Shown here in pieces: positions 36,701 to 48,014 of a stretch of 61,173 nucleotides of DNA. The stretch lies in the NCBI RefSeq assembly GCF_001949145.1, contig NW_019091362.1, positions 682,670-743,842 of the forward strand, given 5' to 3'. The notes below the pieces were generated by a model. It was not told where the DNA came from. It saw only the letters and a list, made by a program, of their open reading frames with translations, and ran no database searches. Origin of the DNA: Acanthaster planci. Taxonomy: Eukaryota. The position numbers and the translations under genes are program-made. How positions within the stretch are numbered: the stretch's first letter is position 1; each line of letters opens with the position of its first letter.

Positions 36701-39700
36701 AAAAAAAAATAAAAATCAAATTGATCATTCAAGGTTCATTGCATGTGTAATATTCCAAGATGGATTAACGTAAATGTGCTTGTGCGTATTCAAAATGTTT
36801 CCGCAGATTGTGAGAGCCTTCATCACGGAATCTCAAGTAGTATTGGCTGAGATTGGCAATTAGTAGAATTTGTACTGTATTTGAGATGTCCGAGCTAATA
36901 ACGCACGTTTTTTATGGTTGGTTAGAGTCTTGGCTAGGTATTTCTGGGGATTTGTAATAGTTAAGATCCGTATTGTATTTTGAAATTTTATGGTATTACA
37001 CCCCCCAAAAAAATCTTTTTTGATAAACTTTTCCGGGGTCAGTTATGGAGTTTGTATCCCAAGAAAGGGATTTGCTGGGAATTATGCAAATGTTTGGATG
37101 CTTAACAGAATGTATTTCCCTCTTTGGAATCCCACTGAAGTCATCAATCATATCATAAGTCAAACATACCTACACCAACACAGATTTGATATACAACCCT
37201 CGTAAACAGTTTGTTTGAATTTTAGTGTTATTAAAAACATCAAATCATGAAAGCCTTACAATAAGACGCATCAATTATCAACAATTATTTCTTTCACAAA
37301 GATAACTTTTATATCGATTTTTTCGACAGATTAAATTATGCCAGTTTTGTTGCATTGGATATCCTACGATGAGAGTATTTACACGTATTTACAATTCTAT
37401 CCCTTTAAAACTTTTTTTGTTCTGTAGCTAACCTTAATTCTATTTTGAAATAATGTGCATTCATTTCATTGCTATAATTTTAATTTCCTCGAAACTTATC
37501 CTTCAGATTTAACTGTACGACAGGTGAAGTTGGCCGCTAGTATGACGAAAATCAAATTACCTTATTCTAACATGTACAAAGCAGATTTAAAGCGACTTTA
37601 ATACCCAAGTAATTAAATTTAATTAATATATTGTAGCTAACATGACAACAATCTCAAGACTCCAGAAAGATTTCATCCTCACGGCAGGGAGGATCCCCTC
37701 CTGAAGGGGATACCAAACAGTTCTTGGACGTCTGTATACTCAACTTGTATCTATTTGGTTTTTGAGAGTTAATTAAATCCTGACGCCCTGATGTACGACG
37801 TTTTAGTAAAGTATTTTTGTTTTAGTAAAGGGGACCGCTGCAAATGACCAGTAATATTGTTACCAGGGGCAAAAAAATGTGTCTCTGAGGGAATCCGAGT
37901 CCTACAGGGCGAACTACTCTCCTTTTAAATGACACTTTTATTGGCTAAAAAAAATGGCACATCTGGGGAAGTAAAACTTGAGCCCGAAAAGTGTCATTAA
38001 ATAACCTAAAAATGGTTTGGGCAAGTAAGCTGATGTTGTCATAAATGAATTTTTAGACTTGCATTGACCGGTTTTAAATAAGCAGCAAAGTCACGAAATA
38101 TACATCACATAAAATTTTTAAATGTCACAATATTATGTAAATCATTAATCACATTACGCGTTTGCATGTCCTACTTTTTTACGGACTCATAGATATTTAA
38201 TCAAGATCAAAGAAAAAGTAATATAATGGTTCATTTATGTGAATGGGTAAGTTTTATTAATGCTTTTATAAAGAGCTACTTTACTCGGAATAAAAGCTAG
38301 AGTAAGAACAGAATAATTCAGCATAAATACTGCTTCACAGGCGGCTCAGGTTGTGTTCAAGGATAAATTTGTTATAAGAGAAGGTAAATAAATTTGCCAT
38401 AAAGTAAAAAGGGAGGAATACTCTATTCGAGTAGCGTCACCAAAGGCTGCTTCCTGCTATTGTTTGAGTAGGCCTATAGATTTTTCATTACCGTTATTAA
38501 AATGAACAATGTAAGCTTCAAGGCATTGATGAAAGAAAAGTGAATAAAAACATAAATGAATGAAACGACGAAATCAAGAAGCAGATCGAGGCGAATAAGG
38601 TTTTATTGACCACTTAGTACGTTCCAACAACAGGTGAAAATACGGTCGCTAATGTGATTGAGATCAAACTTTTATGCATGTACTTTCCGGAACAATTGGG
38701 TTGAGGTTTGGATGCCGGCATAGCAGGGATGATCCCCTTCCTGAGTATCTTTGATGTTTGGATACTGGTGCAGCACCCACTTCAGGTAGACCAAGATCTC
38801 GCTCCAGTCTACCTGTCCGTCCGCATCCATATCAATAGCCTGCAGAGCTTGTCTAGTATCGGAGCACCAAAAACAGGCGAAGTATGGTGCCATGAAGCCG
38901 TTGCAGAAAGAGTCGTACTGCAGCATCTCGTCTCCTTGCACCTCATCCTTCAGGTCCCAGGTGTCCCAGATCTTTCGGACTTCGGCGAGCATCATCTCTG
39001 AATGGGTGTCGTTCATCTCCATTTTCTCTATCATGTCTCGCATCTTCTCAGTAAGTTTGCCTCCAGCGCGATCAAAGAGGAGAGCCACTCCGACCAGACT
39101 CATGTACTCCTCCTTCCTGGAAGTAGTACAACATTGAATACAGCACAGTCAGTATGATAGCATACCATACCCTTTGGTCGTCACAGGTCTCCGATAAAGT
39201 GTTTGAAGCGACTATACATCAAACTCTACAATGTAAAAACAAACACCACCTGATATAAAACTGTCTCTGAAATTGAAATACGTAAGACTATAACAGGTAA
39301 AAACATACCAAGGCGTAAGCGTAAGCAAATCATCGAACACAACTGCTGCCATGACCTAACTGAAATATAATGACGCTTGTACAGTGGCTTGATTTTAATA
39401 AATTGATCTTTTTCTGTATAACTTTACCTGAGGATAGGGTGCAGGAGCCAAAGGCGGGGACAATGAGTGTTGATATAGTGTCATGAACACGTTAATTGAC
39501 AATGCATGTAAGTTGGTTTTTAGAGGATTCGACAAGGAAATCCGTTTGGCTTTGGGTATGTACAATACAGATCGAGCTCTTTGTTTATGGTCAAGGTTGA
39601 ATTCTCTTGGTACTATAAACGGTCACGCGTTTTACCACGCCCAGATTTTTCTCTATTGCCGTTTATGTAAGAAACTTCAACGACTGCGGTACGTAACGGC

Positions 39701-40289
39701 CGCACTCGACTAAATCCAGTTGTGATCAACCCCAGCACTCATAACATTAAGGTAAAACGGATAAGCTTACCGAGGCAGAACTTGACACATGGTGGCATTG
39801 GGCCTTCTGTCATTTCCATGTCATTTCCATGCCACTGAATGAAAAGGTATACATGCAACAGCTGCAGAATAGAAGGGTCAGTTGAAACAGGCAAATATAA
39901 CATGAAATTGGGTTGAATTCTGTCAGCCCGTTTAGACTACTTTGCATCCACATAATTTTTCTGCTCAAGTATTTGATGAAATAATTTTTTATTGCCAGAC
40001 GCAGTATTGCATGAGATCCGAGCGATCTTTGCTGCAGAGTTAGACTTCTGTGGAAAACTTATGTTTTCTTATCTTTGTCTAGTTATGCTCACTGTAAGAA
40101 ATAAACTGTTGTTCTTATTTCATTCCTTTCCGTTTCCAGTTTGACTTTTTTTCTCGCTAGTAATGCCCGAATGTGGTGTCCCTAATTTATATTTGTTCCC
40201 ATTGGCTGAAAAAATTACACGAATATTGTTTTATCTATCAGAGGACGTGGGAAATAATTACATGTATTCTAATGGAACACTCTTTCTTT

Positions 40290-40540
40290 GGGTAATTCCA
40301 GAAATTAGGGGTCCATTTTTTCAAGTCCCTGTCACATTTGACATTTGATTTTCCAAGCTCAGAACACATTTTCTAATTTCCAAGAGTGGTGAATTAATGC
40401 AAATTGCCTGTCAAACAAATAGTAGGGGCCTAATAGTTTCAAATCAATTCCAGTGATATTTCCATGCCAAATAGCAAAGGTCAGATGTAACAGGGACACA
40501 AAAAGTCACACTTTTTGACCCCTAATTTCTGGAATTACCC
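40290..40540. mobile_element. MITE
   Basis: TIR gggtaattccagaaattagggg ... cccctaatttctggaattaccc. Confidence 0.65.
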
Positions 40541-40936
40541 ATTTGTGACTACTCATGCACCCTGACTTTTGACTAATACACAGGTTAGGTTAGGCAAAGA
40601 CGCAAATAATTACTGATTTAAAAAAATTCACAATGCCAAGTAGTCATTTGGACTTGAGTAGTATGACATGGAGAGTTCTAGTCCATTTTGTTTCCTTGGG
40701 TACCTACTCAACCCTAAAAAGTGAGAAATCTTAAAAATCTCTCGCGCTCTCAAAAAAAATCTTCCGTTCCAAAATCGAAACGGAAGATCTACCACAAAAG
40801 TCTCTCTTACTTTATTCATTTGCTCTACCGGCTTCATTTTGTTAAAAAGGAAAAATATTATGTTGACTTCTTTTAAAACCGCTACCCTAAGAACAGTGAC
40901 GACGAGACCAGACTTGAGACCCAAACTTAAAACTAT

Positions 40937-41403
40937 ATATCGCTAAACAAAACTAAACCGATACGTTTTAATAAAGATTGTGCGCGTTGTGAGTTATGTA
41001 AAAATTGTGATTATTGTATCGATAGCGTCAGACCTGAAAATTGTTGCGGTTGTAAAACAACTAAAATATCTATTGGTTGTTAGCGCTGTAAATATTGTGT
41101 TTGTTGTTTTAATTGTGTAGATTGCTAACACTGTTATGAAAGTGAAAACTGTGAAATATGTGTTGACTGCTCTAACTGTAACGACAGCGTTAATTGCGTT
41201 AACGTTGCCGATTGTAGCAACTCTGAAAGTCCGATTGTGAAAACTGTTTCTGTTGTGACGATTTATATAATTGCTCTTATTATAAATTTAACGATCCCAT
41301 AGAGGATTCAAACGTAGAATTATTTTTAGACATAAGCTCAAATTCAGAATCGACCTTAAACTTAGACCTAGTTTCATGTTTGAAATGTTTAATTTTAGAT
41401 TAA
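40937..41403 (+). pseudogene. Cys-rich (Cxx)n repeat ORF, disrupted
   Basis: KDCARCELCKNCDYCIDS..CCGC..GC*RCKYCVCCFNCVDC*HCYESENCEICVDCSNCNDSVNC.., then after a frameshift DCENCFCCDDLYNCSYYKFN..*. Confidence 0.65.
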
Positions 41404-41599
41404 ATCTCTTAGGTTCAAACTCAAACTAAAGGTGGAGCTTGTAACTTGGTGGTCACTGGGTAGATTACTTTTTCGGTCATAGTTCACATTCCAACCGTGT
41501 TGGTGTTTTATAATTTGAAACGACCAACAACGCTTTTCATTTACTCGTGTAGTTTTCCAACATCGTTTTTATTTCCTTGTCAAACATGTCTCTGGCTAA

Positions 41600-42182
41600 A
41601 TGATTACTGCGTTCTTCGATTTCCTTGTTGCTCGCTGCACTCGCTTGGAGTTTCGTATCTGTCCTGCTGCGGAGTTTTCTTTCAACTCGTTAACTCACCA
41701 GTGATCAACACAAACTCCTCGCGAGAAATATCACCGTCGTTAATGGCCTGCAAGATGTATTCTTCGATCATGTTTAACTTGCCATCACAAAGTACTCGGA
41801 TTTGGTCGTGTTTTCTTGGACTTGGCATGCAATCGTCGACCGGCGTATATATTAATACGGCGTAAGCACCAAAAGTACCGACAGCCAGGCCTTCCATCAA
41901 AAGCCCCACGGGTGCCATAATTACACCCAACATGGCGGGAATACCTTTAGCAGCAGACGTCGCACCCAATGCTTCGACTGCATATTCTATGTAGTTGAGC
42001 GCAGTGAGTATCCGTTTTATTTTTTATACGTGGTTTCTCTCCGATTTCTTTCCGTCAAAATCTGTGCTTTGACGTCTTCGATCTTTTTGAGTTGTGTCTC
42101 TGGTTTTCGCTGCTTCGCGCTCTTCACGCTCTGATAACTCGGGATAAGGCCTTAAGATCTCTGGGAACTTACATGTACTCAT
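41600..42182 (-). pseudogene. Polinton/adintovirus-type small hydrophobic protein (resembles the ORF sometimes labelled GasderminX)
   Basis: PYPELS.. N-terminus, hydrophobic GIPAMLGVIMAPVGLLMEGLAVG segment, KHDQIRVLCDGKLNMIEEYILQAINDGDISREEF C-terminal motif; frameshifted. Confidence 0.55.
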
Positions 42183-42230
42183 GGTTGTTAAGGTTTCTTT
42201 TTAATTATACACTTTAAAAAAATGTGGGTA

Positions 42231-42660
42231 GCTAAACGATTTCAAACTCGATCAAAATTCCAGCGCCCTTGTTGTTAATCACTTCTCCCCTGTCGTCTCT
42301 CACCGAAAAATGGAAACTTGTTATTTTTCCGTTTTTAAGTGGTTTGTCATCTCACTTGGGTCTGTAATACTGCACCACACGTCTGAAGGTCGACAGTTAT
42401 AATAATTATGAGACGTGTTTAACTCGCAGCAGTGTATCCAAAGCTCATCGAAAGGGTACTAATATTCTTCCTTTGTAAATAACCTTTGGTACTAGCTTAC
42501 CTTTAGCAGATTTAACAGTTTGGAGACTTCTTTACCCAACTGCAATCTAAGATTTAAGTCTGTTATCATAATTGTAACTAAATTTGAATCTCGGTGAACT
42601 TTAAACGTTCGACGAAGAACGTAAGAGACACGATTTAGCTATAGAACAATTAGCTCAAGC
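42231..42660 (-). pseudogene. Minor capsid (penton)-like remnant
   Basis: ..PFDELWIHCCELNTSHNY.. and C-terminal KPLKNGKITSFHFSVRDDRGEVINNKGAGILIEFEIV*, resembling the Polinton penton C-terminal pattern. Confidence 0.5.
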
Positions 42661-42889
42661 AAAAGAACGGGGGTAAAAAATTGTATCTGACTTTTAGATT
42701 TTTTAAAAACCGTCAGAAAAAACGTTTAAAGATGTAGATCATGCGTTGATGGTATACAGTGAAATCACGGGTACCAAAGAGAAAGAGAACTAGTTTGGAT
42801 TCTCGGCGGAAGTGCCCTCGTGGGTTATCTCGTCTATCGATATACTGGTAAAAGGTTTAACCTTTTTCCTTCTTTTTCAAAAGAGAGAG

Positions 42890-43850
42890 ATGGATGGCAA
42901 GGAGAGGGAATTGATAAACTTTTACACTAGAAAACCGGCATCGATAAGAGCGTAGTAAGAGCCTGGTTAGCAAAAGAAGCCATTTGGCAAATTTATCTAC
43001 CTGCCCCGGGGTATTTACCCAGGCGGATTACTTTACGAACAGACTGTGCTAAACCGTTTGATACCCTGCGATCACGTGCTAAAAGGTCCAAGAGGTAAAA
43101 CACATAAATACGCTTAACGGTGGTCGACGTTGCTTCTAGATACAAAGAAGCATACCTTTAACAAGCAAAACAGCCGAACAAGTGACAGACGCTGTAAGGC
43201 AGATCTCCGTTGACTTGGCCTAAAACGCTTAATAAAGACTCTGGTTCGAAATTTAAAGACGAATTTTTAAAAAAGGCTCATAAAAAAGGGCGTCCAAGTG
43301 CTAGTAGGTGAGCCGGGGGTTCATTAATCGCAAAGGATCGTAGAACGATTTAACAGGACTTTAGCCGAAAGACTGTTTGGTTATCAGTACGCAGAAGAAA
43401 TGTCAAATCCAAGTGAGCGAAACATGGAATGGGTTACAAGGTTGCCTCAAGTCGTGAGCTCTAAACGAAGAAAAAAACGGCTAATACGAGACAAGCGAGG
43501 CTTTCACGCGGTTCCTTTAGAAACTATCCAGCTAGATCGAGTAAAACAGTTGCCAGCGGCTCCCCAGAGAGAAACAGAACTTCCTTTACCTCCAGACGCC
43601 TTGGTTCGAAATTTGTATTACCCGGGTGAGTAAGAGGATGGCACGGTTAGAAGAGCAACCGATCCTATTTGGAGCGTTGACGTGTACCGAAAAGCGCACG
43701 AGTCAGTTCAAACGAGTTAACGGTAAAAAGGTAATGACGGGTCCAATGCTGTACTACCTGACTGACGGACCCAAGCGTTTTTGTTCGAGAAGAGCTTAGT
43801 GGTACCCAAAGATACAGAGTTACCGCCCGACTCTGATACGGCTCGGTACT
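42890..43850 (+). pseudogene. Retroviral-like (rve) integrase of Polinton type, frameshifted
   Basis: WLAKEAIWQIYLPAP, KYALTVVDVASRYKEA, DSGS, IVERFNRTLAERLFGYQYAEEM, EWVTRLPQVV, RRATDPIWS, YYLTDGPKR. Confidence 0.8.
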
Positions 43851-45415
43851 GACCGCAAGCTAAAGTATCTACCCCGTTTCATAACTAAAACTGTTTGGTA
43901 TCCAAAGGACTCAACGACAATTTGTTTTTAGCCACTGTATAAAACACGTGCTTGTAAGTTACTTAAATCCAGCTTGTCTTTTATTTTCTCAAGTATACAT
44001 ACACATTTTCCGTTTGAACCGAGATCAACAAAGAGTCTGTGTCTCTATAAACCTACTTCACTCGGTCTTTGTAGTCGCGTTTTAGTTGATAGTAATAAAA
44101 GTCGTACATCAACGTTTTAGACATATTGAGGATACCTACACTACAGTTGATCGGATTGTTTAGTGTAGTGCTGGTTCTGTACGTTTCAAAAAACGACAAC
44201 TGACACTCGGAAAAAGCCGTAGTTGTTTTATAGCTGGGTACTGATGACAGACGGCTGAACTTGCCGGCGTCTTCTTTGTCTCGAAGCAAGTGTCCGTCAA
44301 TGCGGTTTCTCACGTTCTCCATCGTTTTACCAAAGACCGAGTTGTTCATGAGTTTAAAAGAAGCCTTTCTCAAAGTCTGAGTTGGCTCGGGTACGAAGTT
44401 GGGTGTTTCTGTCTATATAAGATGCATCCGAAGTTTTTGTGCGAAAGCCAAAACGTGGTGTACCGTTCTCAACTCTAGACCCAGACGCAAGTACAGTTGA
44501 AGCGTTCTGCAGTGCACCACATACTTGCGTTTAGGCGAAAGCGTGGCCGTCAACTTATCGACTGCTAGACAGTGCTCTTGATTCTGGTCTAGCAAGTCTC
44601 TTTGGTACTGGGAAAACCAAGCCTCAGGTATCACAAGGTTCTCCGGTACCAAGGCAAAATCGTTGTGCAGGTCATGGATTCCTTGGGGATAGTGGAGGTC
44701 CACTTCGAGTAGATAGCCGGTTACAGAGTATGGAGAGAGCGATAGCACGCGCTCGGTGATAAACTTGTTTGATTTAACCCAGTGAAAGTTGGCATTATAA
44801 GGTAACAATTGAGACGTGGCCCACCGTAGGTTGTTTGCGTCTAGATACAAACCGTAAGTGGTAAGTTTACTAAAGTTGTAGTCTGGCAAGGACTTGTTAG
44901 CTTTAACATACCGAGCACTATACCAACGCTAGACACGCCACCTCGTTTGACACATTAAAAAACAAGTGCACGTCGATGTCTGCAGTTCGAGTTTAACGAC
45001 GGAGTGTTTTAGTAACGCATCCCAAGAGAGACCAGGTGCCGTGTAGTAGTTGGCTGGGTCTAAACCGTAGTTGTCTTGGCAGACACGGCGAAAGTTTAAG
45101 TACACACCCGCGAGCAACAGCGTGTCCATTTATGCGTAGAGATCGTGATAGTCCCCCAGAGTTTTATGGTTAAAAGCAGAGCAGTCCAAACTCGTTGGGC
45201 TCTGGCATAGTCTTGCTCTGTGATGGTTTCTTTTTTTTAACTGCTTTAAAACGCAGAGCGAGGTGGCAGTGTCGTTTCTTTGAACTTTTAAAGAGTCCAT
45301 TATGTCCATTATGTAACAGAAGCTCTGCGTTGGTGAAAAAACGAACTTCTAGTGAAGAAAAAGCTTTTTAGGGCAGGCTTTGACTAACTTGTCGAGCGAG
45401 GTTGCCATTAAGTCA
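43850..45415 (-). pseudogene. Protein-primed family B DNA polymerase-like gene of Polinton type, frameshifted
   Basis: TLGDYHDLY, YGLDPANYYTAPGLSWDALLK, YLDANNL, GYLLEVDLHYP..LHND, FKLMNNSVFGKTMENVRNR, SKTLMYDFYY, DTDSL. Confidence 0.85.
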
Positions 45416-47300
45416 TGTTACAGTGTGGGGAAGATAGATCGAATTTCATCCTGAAGTGTTTAAGTTCACAATACCCAGCCTGGGTTAGCATGATATGTGG
45501 TTAGTCTGCTTTCCAGATTGTGGATGTGTACCAGCAATTTCCCATCCCAGTTGTGAGCGTCCATGATCTTACGGATGTACTTGGCCCAGCTACCGCACTC
45601 CTCAGGCATACAGGTGCCCTTGGCCTCCTCGAACAGCAAACCAAAGGAACGGACATCCTCGGGCATCTCGGCCAAGAACTTGACCAGGTGGAAGGCCCGG
45701 ACGGGCACTGTGTGCATGATATCGGTCAGATCTCGCAAGTTGATCAGGACTTTGGCGTCTCGATTCAGGTTGTCGTACACCCACAAGATCCATTTCTTGA
45801 CCATCGTGCTCAGGTCCTCCATGCTGAAGCGGCTGAAGTCGTACACCCCATCGCCGAAGTCCACCTCTAAGATCGCGTTCCAAAGCCCCGTCTCCTTCAT
45901 CTTGCGCAATCCTACGGGGACGGTCTCTGTGTCTGGAATCCTATCTTTGTGCCTTCAAATGAAGAAAAAAATGGCAAAATCATAATGGCATATTTCCATT
46001 TTAATATTTTGTGCCCAAACCCCGAAAGGCTTTTGTTATGACTGTTTGTTACTTGTCTCCTCTGCCTTGCTTTGATCATGATGACGAGGATGGATTTCGG
46101 TTTGTATCAGGATTGCGTTATACTTAAGGAGGTGTCTTTGAGTGAGGATACATGTAAGTTCGTTGATTAGATTGGAGTGAGTTAAAACCCAAACAATAAG
46201 TTTGGCTGCATTGGAATTTCATAATATCACACCTACATGCAGTTACCTCAGAGAAAGCATACAACCCTCTAGGGTTCTCGCCTTGTTGCACCAGCTTCTT
46301 CACGAAGATGTCATCCACGCGTGTCATGTGCGAGAACGCGGCAACGATGATGTCGCTGAATCCACACCGTTTGACTTCATCGAACACCCGTCACTTGTCC
46401 TCCAGAGTATGCCCCCGTAACTGCCCCACGGTGCTCTCACGGGTCGAGTTGTCCAGGACGAACAAGTCCAGGTCTCGGAGACGGTTGTACTTAGGAGTTC
46501 CCTTCTCAGCATATTTTGTGTAATTATAATCAACAACAAGATTCTCCATACTTTTCTGTTTGATCTTAGAAAACGCGAACATGTTGACTTCCGATGCGCA
46601 GGACTTACAGAATACATTAATTGGCTGTTGCACAAAATAAAGTATTACTGAGCGTCGAACGCTCATAGACAAAATACAGGCGATCCGCTCTGTAGGTCAG
46701 GTTGGCTAATTCCAATGATTCCCGAGGGTTATTCTGCAAAAGCCCTTGTCATCAGGTACAGATTTTCAGAAAATTGACGTATATTATATCTTACGGAGGC
46801 GTATAAGAGCCACTTGCAGAATTTTTTTTGAGTTACTATAACTCGCCGCGGCGAGATAGTATCTCGAAAACTTTTTAGCAAGTGACCCTTACACGCTTCC
46901 GTAGCAAACAACACTTTAAAGTTCGCATAAACAAAATCACAGCAATCTGACGAATGGAGAGCAAAACAAAGAAAAATGACTTGGCATCATTTTTATCAAC
47001 CCAAAACGCAGCGGGGGGGGGTTGATATGGTGAAAAGATGACGAGCCAGTCTGGCTCCACTTTTGAATGTCTTTCATGTGCCCAGTAACTATTGATTAAA
47101 ATTTAAAAATTAGTGCATTTAATGGATTAATTTTTTAAATACAAACTTAATGGAAAAAGTTTGAGAACGTAGGAAAAGAAGCACATGGGAATCATCGAAA
47201 AACATGTTAAGTCTAAACCAACAAACTGAACTATCCCGTCGTCGGCTACAAATAGGCCTATTTATAACGAAGCTGTTGCCCGATACGAGATCAAATCCAG

Positions 47301-47542
47301 GGCTGTTTTCCAATACTCAACGTCGGCTCCGTCTCAGGCTTCAACTGTTTTTTTTACTACCTGACTTTGAAGCTGTAAACGCACTAATTAGTCTAATAGT
47401 GCCACAAAACATCAAATAAGATGCAAGAGAGCAAAAACTTACAGGAATCCAATTTGATTTAAACGCTTCATGCCCACAAACGGGGATTGGTGTCGAGGAC
47501 GGAACCTGAGACCGAGACGAAGTTGAGTATTGGAAAACGGCC
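47301..47542. mobile_element. PIF/Harbinger-like MITE (same family as 11382-11621)
   Basis: Same TIRs, inverted orientation, 3-bp TSD CAG on both sides. Confidence 0.75.
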
Positions 47543-47882
47543 CAGGATCGTTGAAAAAGTATAATCGAGACATATGCTGCAAGATATGAGACGGAGACTC
47601 CCCCCCCCCGCTTTGTGTTGGTCATTGTCTCGCAGGAATCTTGGGAATTCCTTTCAGACATCTTGGGGGGGATGTGTTAAATAACAATGGTCTGGAATGT
47701 GTATAGGGATTGGACATGTTGGGGGGGGGTACCCCTCGGTCTCATTTCTTGCTGGGTATAAAATCGAGAGGAATAGTCAGATTGGTCAGATTTACCTGGT
47801 CTGGGAACCAGACTACGTCAATGGCACGGAGTATAAGTAGATAGGAGACCGTGTGTAGTGCGCGAACACAAATATAAACAAC

Positions 47883-48014
47883 ATGACGTCTCAAAATTAC
47901 GGCCCCAAATGGCTGGTAGAAAGAGCCCAGAAATGTCTAAAATGCGACCCACACTCTGCCAAAGCTTTGCTTATCACGGCAAGAACGTTACACCCTCAGG
48001 ACTTTGGAATACAG
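47883..48014 (+). CDS. INTS10: INTS10 exon 1
   Basis: caacATG MTSQNYGPKWLVERAQKCLKCDPHSAKALLITARTLHPQDFGIQ|gtgagc. Confidence 0.9.

Larger units (their letters stand above)
40900..45415. mobile_element. Decayed Polinton/Maverick (adintovirus-like) endogenous viral element fragment
   Basis: Densely packed, intronless, degenerate ORFs on both strands: pPolB-like, rve integrase, penton-like, a hydrophobic ORF and a Cys-repeat ORF. No TIRs, major capsid, ATPase or protease recognised. Confidence 0.8.
38672..46582 (-). pseudogene. DRE-TIM-EF-hand gene, copy C (heavily decayed)
   Basis: Exon 1 46582-46237 has TGG>TGA stop at 46391-46393. Exon 2 45952-45520 is truncated. Exon 3 is deleted apart from ~12 nt at ~39214. 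Exon 4 39116-~38700 carries the EF-hand and a probable frameshift before RKGIIPAM. Confidence 0.85.

Noticed and set aside
40636..40665. agtagt motifs as possible Polinton terminus
   Set aside because: No matching inverted terminus or 6-bp TSD found on the other side.
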